Assembly (NCBI RefSeq): GCF_018977255.1
Contig: NW_024704742.1
Coordinates: 59,212,001-59,276,000, forward strand
DNA: 64,000 nt
DNA from: Callorhinchus milii
Taxonomy: Eukaryota
Direction of reading: 5' to 3'
The position numbers and the translations under genes were made by a program. This document shows, piece after piece, positions 13,861 to 26,560 of the stretch. Position 1 is the stretch's first letter, and each line of letters opens with the position of its first letter. The notes beneath the pieces are model-generated. The model had not been told where the DNA came from and searched no databases. It saw only the letters and a program-made list of their open reading frames with translations.

Positions 13861-15583
13861 CTTGTCCATGGTTTCCACATGTGAGACAGTGTTAGCAGGC
13901 GATCAGGTGATGTTGACCTTGGAGAACATCACAGCTGAGCTCCAATTTGTTCTCACCAAACGTCGATATGCGCACACTTTCCAACAATGATTATGGAAAA
14001 GCAAGAATTCCTGGCTGAGTTTTCACTTCCTTAGCCCAGAGCATTAAAGCCAGTTACAGTGTACCAATGTCTGCGTAACTCAGCACAATACATCAATTGA
14101 ATCCCCATGGAACCTTCCTTATCTGTAGTGCTGCATGCAAAATATGTCAGTAGCTGTGGACAAAAATGTTTACCACCCAAATTTCAGAACTGTGCCTCTT
14201 TAAACACAAACAAATTGAAATCCCATTTTTCACTAATACTCTTCAGGTCAAATGTTTGGCAAATGTTTTATTGGTACTCCATTTTGGTATTACACTCATA
14301 CGTATGGTTCACCTACAAAATATGGCACTTCACAGTTCATGTGAAGCACTGAAACATCCGCCCAACGTGAAAGACGCTATACAAAACGTAAGGATTATTA
14401 TTATTATAGTTACCAGAGAGGTACCTTCTATGTGACTCGGATACCTTATTAAGGAATACTGTAACAAAAACGTAAATTAGACCTTATTTTCTGCTTTGAA
14501 AACTACTGCAAAGCCGCTGCAATAACATAACATCTTCAGTGATCTATACAGATCCTTCAGTATCATAGCAGAGGTCAATAAGGATATTACGAAGCCCTGT
14601 CTTTAAGTGATTCCCTGGAGGGCTTTTTTTCCCCTTAAATAATTTCTTTTGACCCTATTCAATTATCTTATCTCCTAACTGCTACTTTCTTCCAGGAAAT
14701 GTGCCATTTATAAATGCTGGCACAGCACTAGGATTATCACAGTCATTCAAATAATCATATCTTGCATCACATCAATCTAACATTTCATTAAGACCCTTTC
14801 ACCATGCTGCTTTTTAAAAAAAATTGAACCTCCACTAAGATTCAAGTTCAATTGTGTCTAAGCCTCCTGTGGGGACAGCTGGATATCTCCACACAAGAGC
14901 TGAGGCCGTCAAAAATGTTACTGTTCATGGTTGAAATTCTTTTTCATTTCAAACAAGCTGAGCCTTTCAAACAGACAAAGTCTCAGGATCTGCTTCTGGT
15001 CTATACTAAATTAGCAGATAACATTTAGAAACAGAGTGTATTATAATTATTGTTAGGACCTCTGACTGTGCAGCGATCCCCCAACACCAAATTAGACTGT
15101 CAGCCTAGACTTGGGTTCAATGCCCCAATGTGGGGCTTGAATCCATAATCTTCTAATTCAGGGTGGACACAAAATTGGATGAAGGCACGATTGGTAGTGA
15201 TCTTCCTTGCAGTCAAAAGCCTGCTGGCACTCATCACCTGAGTTCATACAGCAATAATCACCACTTGAGTAAATTTCTGGGAGCAACCAGATCCTGGAAC
15301 AGTACTGCAGCCTGAGTGAGCACCTTGAGGGTGGAATCAGAGGAAAAGATTTGTATCTCACATCAGTAAAAAAACACTTTTCTGGGAAATGTTAAAGTCA
15401 AATTTCCTGCTAAAGAGAAAATCTGTCTTATTAATGTGTCTGGTAGAAAAAGCTTCAAAACATGGAATCTACATGTGTTTGCTTTCCATGCCTTGATCAT
15501 ACCAAGCAGGCTAGCATGAGCGGTGATGCAACAGTCACAATTACATGAAACCCTTAAACTTCTTCTTTCTTGAATTTTACCAG

Positions 15584-15626
15584 GTAGAACTACAGGACGA
15601 CCAGACACCAATGGTCAAACGTGAAG
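15584..15626 (+). other. Candidate 43-nt exon
   Basis: Acceptor cttcttctttcttgaattttaccag, donor aag|gtaagg; frame VELQDDQTPMVKRE. Confidence 0.3.
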
Positions 15627-15699
15627 GTAAGGTTAGATCATGCAATCTCTTTGGTATAATACTGCTCGGGTTTTGGTCTTCATGACATCTGCCTCAACA

Positions 15700-15966
15700 T
15701 GCCCTCAGTTCTATTCCAGGCAGGGCGAAACCTTGGGCAAGTTTCCTTACTCCACACGCCTAATAATAATCCCTCCAAAAACAATAATTAAATTGGTCAT
15801 TTTCAATCTACGACTGTTTGTGGGACATTGCTGTGCGCAATTGGCTGCCGCATTCGCCCACAAATATACAGTCAATTCACTTTACAGTGTGTTCTGTGAA
15901 GCGCTTTGGGACGTCCTCCCAACGTGAAAAGCGCTAAATCAAATGAAAGGATTATTATTATTATTA
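15700..15966 (+). mobile_element. Young tRNA-derived SINE, 5'-truncated
   Basis: Matches the full copies at 34.7 and 40.8 kb; ends gggacgtcctcccaacgtgaaaagcgct...ggat(TAT)n. Confidence 0.85.
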
Positions 15967-17214
15967 TAGAAGACTTTGTTCCCGTTATTATTCTCATTTG
16001 AACATGTCAGCATTCTCAGATAAGCGACAAGAGAATTATAGTTTCCTTACACAACAATCTCAGCGTGCTTTCTGTGACTCTCATGTTGAAACATCTTCAA
16101 AAACTTGATGGAGAACATGAATTGAGCATATGGGTACTTAGTTTTCCTATTGGATAAGGCAGCTGTGGTGTACAGTAGGTAATTAATTCCCATCCCTTAG
16201 GGCAACTTCTCAGAAAATATCTCAGCATTCCAGTTTTTATAACCTCTGTTTCAAACTACACAGTTGAGGAAAATAATAATGCAGTTTGATTCTAAAGGTG
16301 AATTTGAGAGCAAGTGACTCAATATTGATCGCAGCAGTCATTATTTTGTTATTATTTATAAAGTAATGTTCTTCAAGGGTTAAACTGGAAGCAGAAGGTC
16401 GATTGGCATGAAATTTCAGCCACTTTTAAAATGATTTAATTTTTGTATTTGGAGAATGACTGATATGCTAAATTCCAAAACATATAATAATAGTAATTGC
16501 ATTTTATGCTGCACCTATAACATTGATACATCACAAAGCACTTCAGAGATAATTTCTATCAAGTGTTGACTGTATTTGTTGGCCGACATGGCAGGCAACT
16601 TGCACTCAGCAATGCCCATAAACAGCCTTCAAGAGAATGACCATTTTTTCTTGAGGAATTAAATCTGACTTAAATGTAAATGCAAGTCATTTAAATAATG
16701 ACTTAATGTACATTAATGTTCAGATAATTCTTGGAAGATTCATATTTTCAACAGACAGAATGTTGCATTCCACTTCAAAAGACTGATGTAATCTTCAACA
16801 CCGTTTGTCTCTTGGATCAGGATTTGAGCTGATAGCCTACCGAAACATCAGTTCAGTACTGAGGGAGTACTGCATTGTCAGAAGATTCATAAATTGATGA
16901 GGTGTTGACCAGGTGCTATCTGAATATTAAACATCTGTTATAAGTTGGTTAAAATGGCATAAAAGAAATGCTTATGAGGTGCTGTAAAATGGCTGAATTA
17001 AAAGAACAAGATCTTTGTGTTCTGACTCAAGGCCACAAACCGTCAACACAGCTATCTGCACAGTGTTTGGGTTGACCCTTGTATTAATTTAACTCAATGT
17101 GTGCTACGAGGAAGTTTAGGAACAACTTTATCAGTCAGACATGCCATGAGACTATCACATGATCACAAGACTTGTTCCTTGAGACGAGCAAGTTCGCGTA
17201 GTGACCTCAGGGGA

Positions 17215-19375
17215 TGATCTGACCAGATGCTTGGTATAGGACAAGGCCATCTCGGACCATTTCCTCATCTCCTTCTCCTTTCACATCCCTCTCTCCTCCA
17301 CCAAGCCCTCAAGCATCCTCTACCGCCCTTGGAAAAGGCTACCCCCTGAGACCCTCACAAAGGCCCTTACATCATCAAACATCCTATCCCTCTGGCCTTC
17401 CACCCGAGGAGATCCTGAAGCAGCCGTCCAGCTGTTCCATGATCACCACTCCTCCACCTTCAACTCCCTCGTCCCCTTAAAATCCAGGACCATCTCCAAA
17501 CCCACCCGATTCCCCTGATACAAGAACAATCTCCGCCCCCAAAAAACCCAAACCCGGCTGCTCGAGCACAGATGGCGGAAAACTGGCCTGACAATCCACT
17601 GCCAATTGTGGCTCGAGCATCTCCACAGCTACCGCCGTTCTTTGACACGAGCAAAAACGGCTTCTACTCCAACATCACTTTGGAGGCTAAACACAACCCT
17701 AAAATCCTTTTTTCCACCACCCACTACCTCCTCCGTGCCTCCCCTCAGGCCTCCTCAATCTTCATATGAAATGCCAAGTGCGAGGAGGTCATGGACTTCT
17801 TTTCATCTAAAATACATAACAACCGCCAGGCAGCCTCATCCACCTGCCTCTTGTCACCCACCACCTCGCCCTCTCTGTCCCCCTCACCCTCCCCATTATC
17901 TGCTCCTACCACCACCCCCATCCTACATTCCTTCCTCCCCATCTCTCCCTACTCCCTCTCACCCACCATCACCTCCATGAAAGCCACCACCTGCTGCCTC
18001 GATCCCCTCCCAACCAACTTGCTGATCACCCCGCTCCCCCTCCTCTGCCCACTACTGGCTGACATCATCAAACAGTCCCTCTCCTCCGGATCAGTCCCTG
18101 CCCCCCTCAAAACTGCTGTCATCAACCCCCTCCTGAAAAAACCTTCCCTAGATCCCTCAAACCCCAGCCATTACTGCCCCATTTCTAACCTGCCCTTCCT
18201 TGCAAAAGTCCTAGAACGCGTTGCTGCCAATCAACTTCACACACACCTTTCCTGCCACTCCCTCTTCGAACCCCTCCAGTCTGGTTTCTGCCCTGCTCAC
18301 AGTACAGAGACTGCGCTTGTGAAATTCACAAACAACATCCTCTCTATCTGTGACCAGGGGTCTCTCTGCCTCTTTGTCCTCCTGGACCTCTCCACAGCGT
18401 TCAACACAGTCGATCATGCCATCCTCCTCCACCGCCTTTCCTCCATCATCCACCTCATTGGGACCGCACTCGCCTGGTTCGAGTCCTACCTCACAAACCG
18501 CCAGCAGTACATCTGCACGAACGGCTTCTCCTCCCGCTCTCACCCGGTCACCAGCGGGGTACACCAAGGATCCATCCTTGGACTCCTCCTCTCTCTGATC
18601 TACATGCTCCCTCTTGGGGATGTCATCCGTAGATATGGGGTACATTTCCACATGTATGCGGATGACACCCAGGTCTATTTTTCCACCTCTCTTTGCGAAC
18701 CCCAGTCCCCTGATGTTCTGTCAGCCTGCCTGTCAGATCTCAGGGGCTGGATGAGCGCAAATCTCCTTCAGTTGAACGTTGACAGGATGGAAGCCATACT
18801 CTTTGGCTCTCATCAACGTCTAAAATCTCATGGCTCTCACCTTCTCCACCTACCCGAACTCCCCCTAAAACTCTCCCAACCCATATGAAACTTAGGCGTC
18901 AGGTTTGACCCCAATTATCCTTCCTCTCCCACATCCGATCCCTCACCAGCACCGCTTCCTTTCACCTCCGACGCATCGCCCGTCTCCGCCAATACCTCCC
19001 TCCGAAAGCCACTGAAACCCTGGTCCATGCCTTTGTCACCTCTCGGCTGGACTATTCTAACGCCCTCCTCACTGGTCTCCCATCCACTACCATCCATAAA
19101 ATCCAGATCATTCAAAACTCTGCCGCCCGCATTCTCACCCAAGCCAAACTCTGATCCCTGATTACCCCAATCCTTGCCAGACTGCACTGGCTGCCTGTCC
19201 AATAGAGGATCAACTTCAAGATCCTCACCCTTGTCTTCAAATCCCTCCACTCCTCTGCACCCCCTATCTCTCTGACCTCCTCTCTCCTCAAAACAGTACC
19301 CGCTGCCTTTGTTCCTCCAGGTCTGGAACTCCTCCTTGTCCCCCGAGCCCTCCACTCCACTTGCCGGGAGGCCAA
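17215..19375 (+). mobile_element. L2-type LINE ORF2 fragment (end of endonuclease to RT), lacking the 3' tail
   Basis: ISDHFLIS-like motif near 17245; ORF 17791..18888 with YCPISNLPFLAKVLE, QSGF..HSTETAL, LLDLS.AF.TVDH, QGS.LG and HMYADDTQ. Confidence 0.92.
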
Positions 19376-19913
19376 GAGGTTCTACACCAATATACACTGT
19401 ACTGTTTTTATGCTATACCTGGTTGTCAAGTACCAACTAAATAGATAGCATATGCAATGAATATTTAACACTCGCCATTTCACGCTATGTTTATCACTGA
19501 TTTAGATTTTCAGTCAACTTCAAGATCCTCACCCTTGTATTCAAACTCCACTCCTCTGCAACACAGTCTATGCAGTTGACAGCAGAATCAGAGGTCCTGT
19601 ACTATGAAGGGATTTTCTTTCACTTTTCCAGAAGTACAAGAATGATAGACATTTCTGTAGATAGCTCCTTGGGCTAAGTTGGTTTAACCTTCTGAAGACT
19701 ATCCCACCTAATGAAATGAATACTGGCTTCCAATTACAACTCTCCATTTTCTTCATTTCCACCTTCACATTTTCCAGCGCTACACCACTCATTGTGCGAG
19801 TTTGAGAGAGTTCACTTTGGAGCCTTGGCACACGACGCAATTGGTTGAGTGACTCTGTGACATTATCCCACGGTACAGGTAAATTAGCTTCAATATTATA
19901 TCTAATATTTAAA

Positions 19914-20091
19914 CAATAATAATTTGGTTACTCAATCCATGACTGTTTGTGAGACACTGCTGTGCGCAATTGGCTGCTGCGTTTTGCCCACAAATATACA
20001 GTCAATTCACTTTACAGTATATTCTGTGAAGCGCTTTGAGACGTCTAGAAGACGTGAAAAGTGCTATATCAAATACAAGGATTATTCTTAT
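19914..20091 (+). mobile_element. Young SINE, 3' half
   Basis: ctgtgcgcaattggctgctgcg...cagtcaattcactttacag...gtgaaaagtgctatatcaaat. Confidence 0.8.
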
Positions 20092-22873
20092 ATGGATGTG
20101 TAGAATGTAATTTTATACATTATAAGCACAGTGATGAAATAAGGGTGGAATCCTTACTCACATTTCACGTGGGAAGCTGCTGGGATATTGACAGCAATGT
20201 GATAAGCGATGACATAAGCCAGTGTTTCATTATCGGGAGTATTATCAATGTAACCCACTTTACTCACTTAGACTAATGAATTCTACAGGAGTAACTTTGT
20301 CTTATGCCCAGAATGCACTGGGTCTTTATACCAAATTCGCTGTTTAAAACATAACACCAGACAAATTAAGGGTCCACAACAATAACTGAAAGTGAACCAA
20401 CCGGGAACCCAACTTCTGACAGTGAGCAAGATAGTTTAATCTAAAAAGAACAATTTCCATCATTGTAATATAAATAAAGGGATGCAACTGATATGGGCTC
20501 TGCTTCAAAAATGTCTTTTGAAAGTTTGTACTTTTAATGTTATTAAAGAGCTGGTCAGAGTTTAATAGCATTAATAAACTAACCTCTGTGCCCAAGCAGA
20601 ATTTTCATCAGGTCCCAACCATTAGGGGAGTACAGATGAGGCTTCCCCGTTCACTTTACTATCAGAAGCAATACAAACGGGGCGTTCATTCAGCAGCATC
20701 TCAAGAAGGCTGGGGTTAAAAGGTATTTACAGGAACCCTATATAATAGCATATCATGCCTCAATATTAGATTAAACAGCTACACATTTCTGCCTATTATA
20801 CAAAGAGCTCAGTTGGTGGCAGTGGCATTATCATGTTTACTTTGAGCAATCCCAGTTACACCTGTAAACAGCAGATGCAATACAATTTCAACGCGTTATA
20901 CTTCAATATTTGTATTTGCTTGATTTTGCCTATATATATTACATTTTAAAATATAAAATGGAACAGAGTCCAGTTTGTGGTATTTCTTAATTGGATTCTA
21001 CTATAGTTCCCATCAAAACTTCTCTCCGGAAATAGCTGGTAATGGAGTGGAGTTCCCATGGGTGGGTGTAATGTACTTCTGGTTACTGGAAGGTGTCCCC
21101 ATTTTGTGACTCAGGTTATTATTTAGAAATCCCATTAAGATGAGACTCCCGAATCAATGATTCTCGATTGATACAATGAATGATTTATGGTCATTTCATT
21201 CAGTAAAAGTTCTCCCTTTAAGTTTTGTTGGATTCAGACAAAAAGCAATCCTACCGGAGTGGGCTCCATTCCTTGAACATACCTTCAATGTGAACGTATC
21301 AAGAAGTGAAGACTTTACTTCCTGTTCCTTTCAGCTCAAATTACTATCGATTCAATCTTGCATTTTGATCATTTGTTGATACTTCTTCACATCTGGAGAA
21401 TCTGGGTGTAATAATAGGGTGTAAAAGATTAATAAAGAGCGGTGGATACATTTTCAATCTGGATGACAGAATTTTCAGTGAAGTAAATGTGAAATGAAGT
21501 CTTGGAATTATGCTGGAAGCAGATTCAGATCTATTGTAATGACTCTAATTTAGCCCCTTTACCAGTCAGTTGTAATCACATTTTTGAAATACCAGTTGTT
21601 TAATATATTCTTATTTTTCTTTCTTATCCATGCCTTCATTGCTTCCAGACTCGATTTTTCCAATGCTCCCCTTCCCACCTCAACCATCCACAAGTATTTT
21701 GTCATCAAAAATTCAGTAGCTCACATCCTTATCCGCATTGAACTTCACATATCTATTATCCCTATCCCCTCACCTGACCTCACCACCTCTGTCGCTGCTT
21801 TGAAAAGCCTCCTGAAAATCTTTCTTCGACTGTTCCTACAGTCACCTCCCTACTCCCTCACCATACCAAATCATTATCTGGCGTCTATTTGTGAAGCACA
21901 TTGAGACATTTCCCTAAACGAAAGATGCTACATAAGTGCGAGTTGTTATAAATTTTCTCTTATTGTCCAACGGTTTTATAATTTTGTTAAAATTATCACA
22001 TTAGGCAAATATTCTTCCAGCACATTGTGGATTTTTATGACAATTGGGTCAATTTAGCAATACCTTTGATAATTATTAGCGTTGCATTTGAATATTTATC
22101 GGATCAAACGTACCCGAATATGCTGGAGGCAGATTCCCATCTCATTGTGATAAAAGGGCATATTTATCTGATCCTCGGTAGTCCACTAGACAGTGGGAGG
22201 ATAGGGTAATAAGTGACCCCGACCCTTTGTTGGTGAATTGTCCATTCAATGCACAGTTTGTACGTAAATCAAAATATCAGTGGTTCAAACCCTTTGCATC
22301 AGTGAAAAAGTTATAACCCTGGACTGTGTTCCAGCATCAATTCAAGTGAATTTAATTTTCAAAATTAAAATGTATGCTCATTTCTAGCAGGTCCATAACT
22401 AACAACATACTTGCACATTAATACGTTTGTAAATATAATGTTATTCACTGAATTACAAAGCACTGCTTTACTTGTTTCCATTGGTAATAGATTGCTTTGA
22501 AATATTTTCATCGGATTATTAATTTTTTTCGATGTACTGCATTAACTTCAAGTGAGCAAACAAAATAGATTTGAAAAAATACACCTATATCATTACCATC
22601 AATGATAAAATTCAAAACATCAACAGATGGATATCAAAACATGGCAGGAGACCAGAGATATGGATAAATGCTCTGCAGGAGGTCCAATGTCTTGAACCTT
22701 AATAAGGTTTCTGTCAGTGAGGAGACTAGATACAAATGAACTATAAATGGTTTGCTGTATTGACGAGTCTTATTTCTCACTGAACTATAGTGAACAGGAA
22801 TTGATGTCATCAGCTCCTGCTTTCCTCTCCCAATCATCAACCCCCCATCACACAAAAAGACCTGTGGCAACTT

Positions 22874-23060
22874 ATAATAATAATAATCCTTGCATTTGAT
22901 ATAGCGCTTTTCATGTCATAGACGTCTCAAAGCACTTCACAGAATATGCTGTAAAGTGAATTGACCGTATATTTGTGGGCGAAACGCAGCAGCCAATGCA
23001 CACAGCAGTGTCCCACAAACAGTCGTAGATTAAAAATAACCAATTTATTATTGTTTGGTC
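22874..23060 (-). mobile_element. Young SINE, 3' half
   Basis: (ATA)n-atccttgcatttgatatagcgcttttca...gtcccacaaacagtcgtagatt. Confidence 0.8.
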
Positions 23061-23207
23061 TTTATTTTTATTTGACTGGAACAGAGACTCTATCTTGAAG
23101 GGCTACATCTTTCTTAGCTAATCCCAGAAAGTTTAGGCTCAGGTCGTCAATAGACAAGTTTGTCAATTTGATCACCTCACCCATTAGGGATTTTGCTTGT
23201 AGGGTTA

Positions 23208-24950
23208 ACAACAACAAAATTACATTTGTATAGTGCCTTTCACGTTGGGAGGATGTCACAAGGCGCTGGACAATCAGTGTTTTGGAACCCGAGCTGGGGT
23301 TCGGGATTGGGGAGGATGGAGGGCAGTGGGGGGAGGAGGGTGTCCGAAAGCATAGTCGAAGTGGAGGGTGTTGAGATGGGCTTGAAGGAGGTGAGGGAGG
23401 GGGCGAGGCGGAGGGACTCCAGGATGGAGTTCCAGAGGGTGGGGGCAGAGTGACTGAAGGCCCGCGGCGGGATGGACGAGCCTGAGGACGTGAAGCAGGC
23501 CAGAGCCCGCTGAGCAGAGGAAGTTGCAAGTTGGTAGGGGTTTAGGAGGTCGCAGAGGTAAGGGGGAGCAAGGCCATGGAGGGCTTTGAAGCTGAGGGCC
23601 AAGATCTTGAACTGTATTCTCTGCATGATGAGAAGCCAGTGGAGTTGAGCGAGGATGGGTGTGATAGGGTCGCGGAGCCTGGTGCGGGAGAGGACACAAG
23701 CTGCAGAGTTCTGGATGATCTGCAGCCTATGGAGGGAGGAGTTGGGGAGGCCGACAAGCACGGAGTTTGCATAGTTGACCCTAGATATTCCGAATGTGGG
23801 TACGAGGGTCTCGGGGGCCTGCAGTGTGAAACATTGGCATGGCCGAGCAATGTTGTGGAGGTGGGGAAAGGCAGAGCGGGTCATGGCATGAATATGGGGT
23901 GTGAAGGACAATTGAGAGTTGAACAGAACACTGAAGTTATGTATTAGTTCCGTGAGATGTAGAGGGCATCCATGGAGCGCTTTGGGACGTCCTCCCGACG
24001 TGAAAAGCGCTATATCAAATGCAAGGATTATTATTATGGAGGGAAATGCTGTCAGCGTCCAAGGTATGGAGGCGCTTTTGGGAGCCAAGCAGGGAAACAT
24101 CAATTTTGTAAATGTTCAACTGAAGAAAATTAGCTCTCATCCAGGACTTATTGTCCGACAGGCAGTCAGTGAGGACAGCAGTGGTCCTGGAATCGAAGGT
24201 GGAGGCAGAGAGATAGAGTTGGGTGTCATCCGCATACATGTGGAAGTTGACCCCATGTCTGCGGGTGATGTCACCAAGGGGGAGTATATAGAAATTGAAA
24301 AGGAGAGGGCCAAGGGCAGAGCCCTGGGGATGCCACACGTGATGATGCGGGGACTGGAGGAGAAGCCGTTAGTGGTGACAACGTGGAGATTGTGGGAGAG
24401 GTAGGATTCGATCCAGGCAAGGGCAGTTCCGCGAAGATTGAACTGAGAGGAGAAGCATTATAGGAGGATAGAATCGTCAACAGTGTCGAAGGCAGCAGAG
24501 AGGCCAATGAGGGCACGGAGACAGAGAAAGCCCTGGTCACAGATGTTCAGAATGTCATTAGTGACTTTGACCGCTACGACTCGTTCCAGGGTCTTGGAGA
24601 GGAATGGGAAGTTGGAGATGGGGTAATAGCTGGAGAGGAGGGATGGGTCCAGGGAAGGTTTTTTTTTAAGGATGGGGGTGATGACAACTGCTTTTAGGGG
24701 GTGGGGGTGAGAACAGTGCCAGTGACTAAGGAAAGGTTGATAATGTCACTTAAGAGAGGGGTTAAGAGGTGGAGGTGAGGAGAGGGGTGTGGAGGGGGTC
24801 GAGGGAGCAGGTGGTGAGGTTCATTTTTGAAGTGATGCACCTGAGGGAAGAGGGGGAGACAGGGTCATAGGTGTATAGGGAGGGATGGGTGGGAATCGGT
24901 GCGTGAGGGGGAGGTGGCAAGGGGTAGTGGTGGACTGGGGAGAGGTAACA
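23208..24950 (-). mobile_element. L2-type LINE, 5'-truncated and degenerate, carrying a nested SINE tail
   Basis: ORFs 24015..24338(-) [21 protein letters not shown] and 23240..24103(-) QNSAACVL..LHWL..FKIL; 3' tail with (TTG)n near 23210. Confidence 0.92.
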
Positions 24951-25914
24951 GGAGCCCCATCGCTTCATAAGCATTAAGACAGTTTCCTGTGTCTGGTAAC
25001 ATACAATCGCATTCAAATTATTTATTTTTAAACAGTTCTTCTGTGGATATGATTGAAAAGTGGTTTGTTTTATATTGATTTAAATGGGGGAAATTGACTG
25101 TTTTATTTATAGTAATTTGATTTTAATGGTCAGACTTACCAGGAGAATAATCACTCACATTCATTAGGACTTCACGTGACATTTGAATGTAATTCTAGAT
25201 AAAAAATCTGAACTTTAAACTCGATTTTTTAAAAAAATATTTGTTTGGTTCATTTTAAAAGTTATTTTTCCCACTTTTGAGTCTCCTGTGCCATATTTCA
25301 TGATTATCTTAGAAGCTATGTAGGTGATGCGCTTGGACCAGAGTTCTGCTTTAAGAATATTGCTTCAAGAGATTAGAAAATCAGCATCACGTTCCTACGT
25401 GTGAAGCTGGCTCCTCACCTTCATTTAGCACAGATGCCTTGAGATGGTCCATGTTTGACTGCACTTTCGATTCCCCTCTGCATCCTACTTGTCTCCCACC
25501 CCCAGCTCGCGTGTCCAGCCAATACTGTTAAGCACTTTGAGACATCATCTCGATATGAAAAGCACTATATCAATGTAAATTTGTATAGATATATTTCTTG
25601 GATTGGATCCCTGAATTGTAAATTTAGATGGCATGGAAAAAATTCATTTCGAAACATTCTTATTTGGAGAAATCAATGCTCGTCTAAGCTTGAAGGCAAT
25701 TCAGCATCTATTTGTAATATTCCAAATCCTAACCAGTCTCTTTGGAAATCAATCCTTTACGGAACCAACCTATATATGGTATGACACGTAGCCATTATAA
25801 ACCCAAAGTTACACAGAGAAAATCTGTAACCTTAGTTCCTCAGTAGCTTGTAATGAATTATAGATAATACATATGAATGTAAACTTTTTACAAAGAGCTA
25901 CAGATAGGACAGTA

Positions 25915-26560
25915 ACAAACAATTTACATTTAAATAGCATCTTTCAGTCAAGGGGATGTCTCAAGGTGCCTGAGATGGCAGGGTGGGGATGCTAATGAGG
26001 GTGGCAGGGAGAAAGGTAACTGAATGTGCAGCCGAAAAGGAAGGTCTTAAGCAGGCTTTCGAGATGGGGAGGAAGGGGGGGCAGATGGAGGGATTCAGGG
26101 ATGCAGTTCCAGGTAGAATGAGGAATTCCCTGGAGTCAACCAATGGTTGGGAAAAATGGGCAGAGGACACAAAGCGGAGTATTCACTGAGCATGGTAGTA
26201 TGGTTGGAGGTGGTCACAGAGGTAATGGGTGGATTTATGGCCATGAATGATAACCGTGAATTTGATTAGCTGGGGAAATGGAAAGCCAATAGAACCAAAT
26301 AGGGATAGGGGTGATAGGTTTGTGGAGACTGGTGCAGGAAACGACACGAGCTGCAGTGTTCCTGGATGGTCCGCTGGCTTGTGCAGGGAAGAACTGGGGA
26401 ATTCAATGAGAGTGACATTCAAATTCTGGAATCTGGACAAAATGAAAGCTTGGGTGGATGTTGGCAGCCCAGTGTAGAGGCAATGGTGGAGATAGGCGAC
26501 GTTGCGGAGGTGAGGGTATTCCAAATGAGTGAAAGCCCAGATGTAGGGTTAGAAAGGCAG
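25915..26560 (-). mobile_element. Older L2 3' fragment
   Basis: HLRNVA and LHKP..QNTAARV-like remnants, plus an L2 tail near 25915-25965. Confidence 0.75.
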
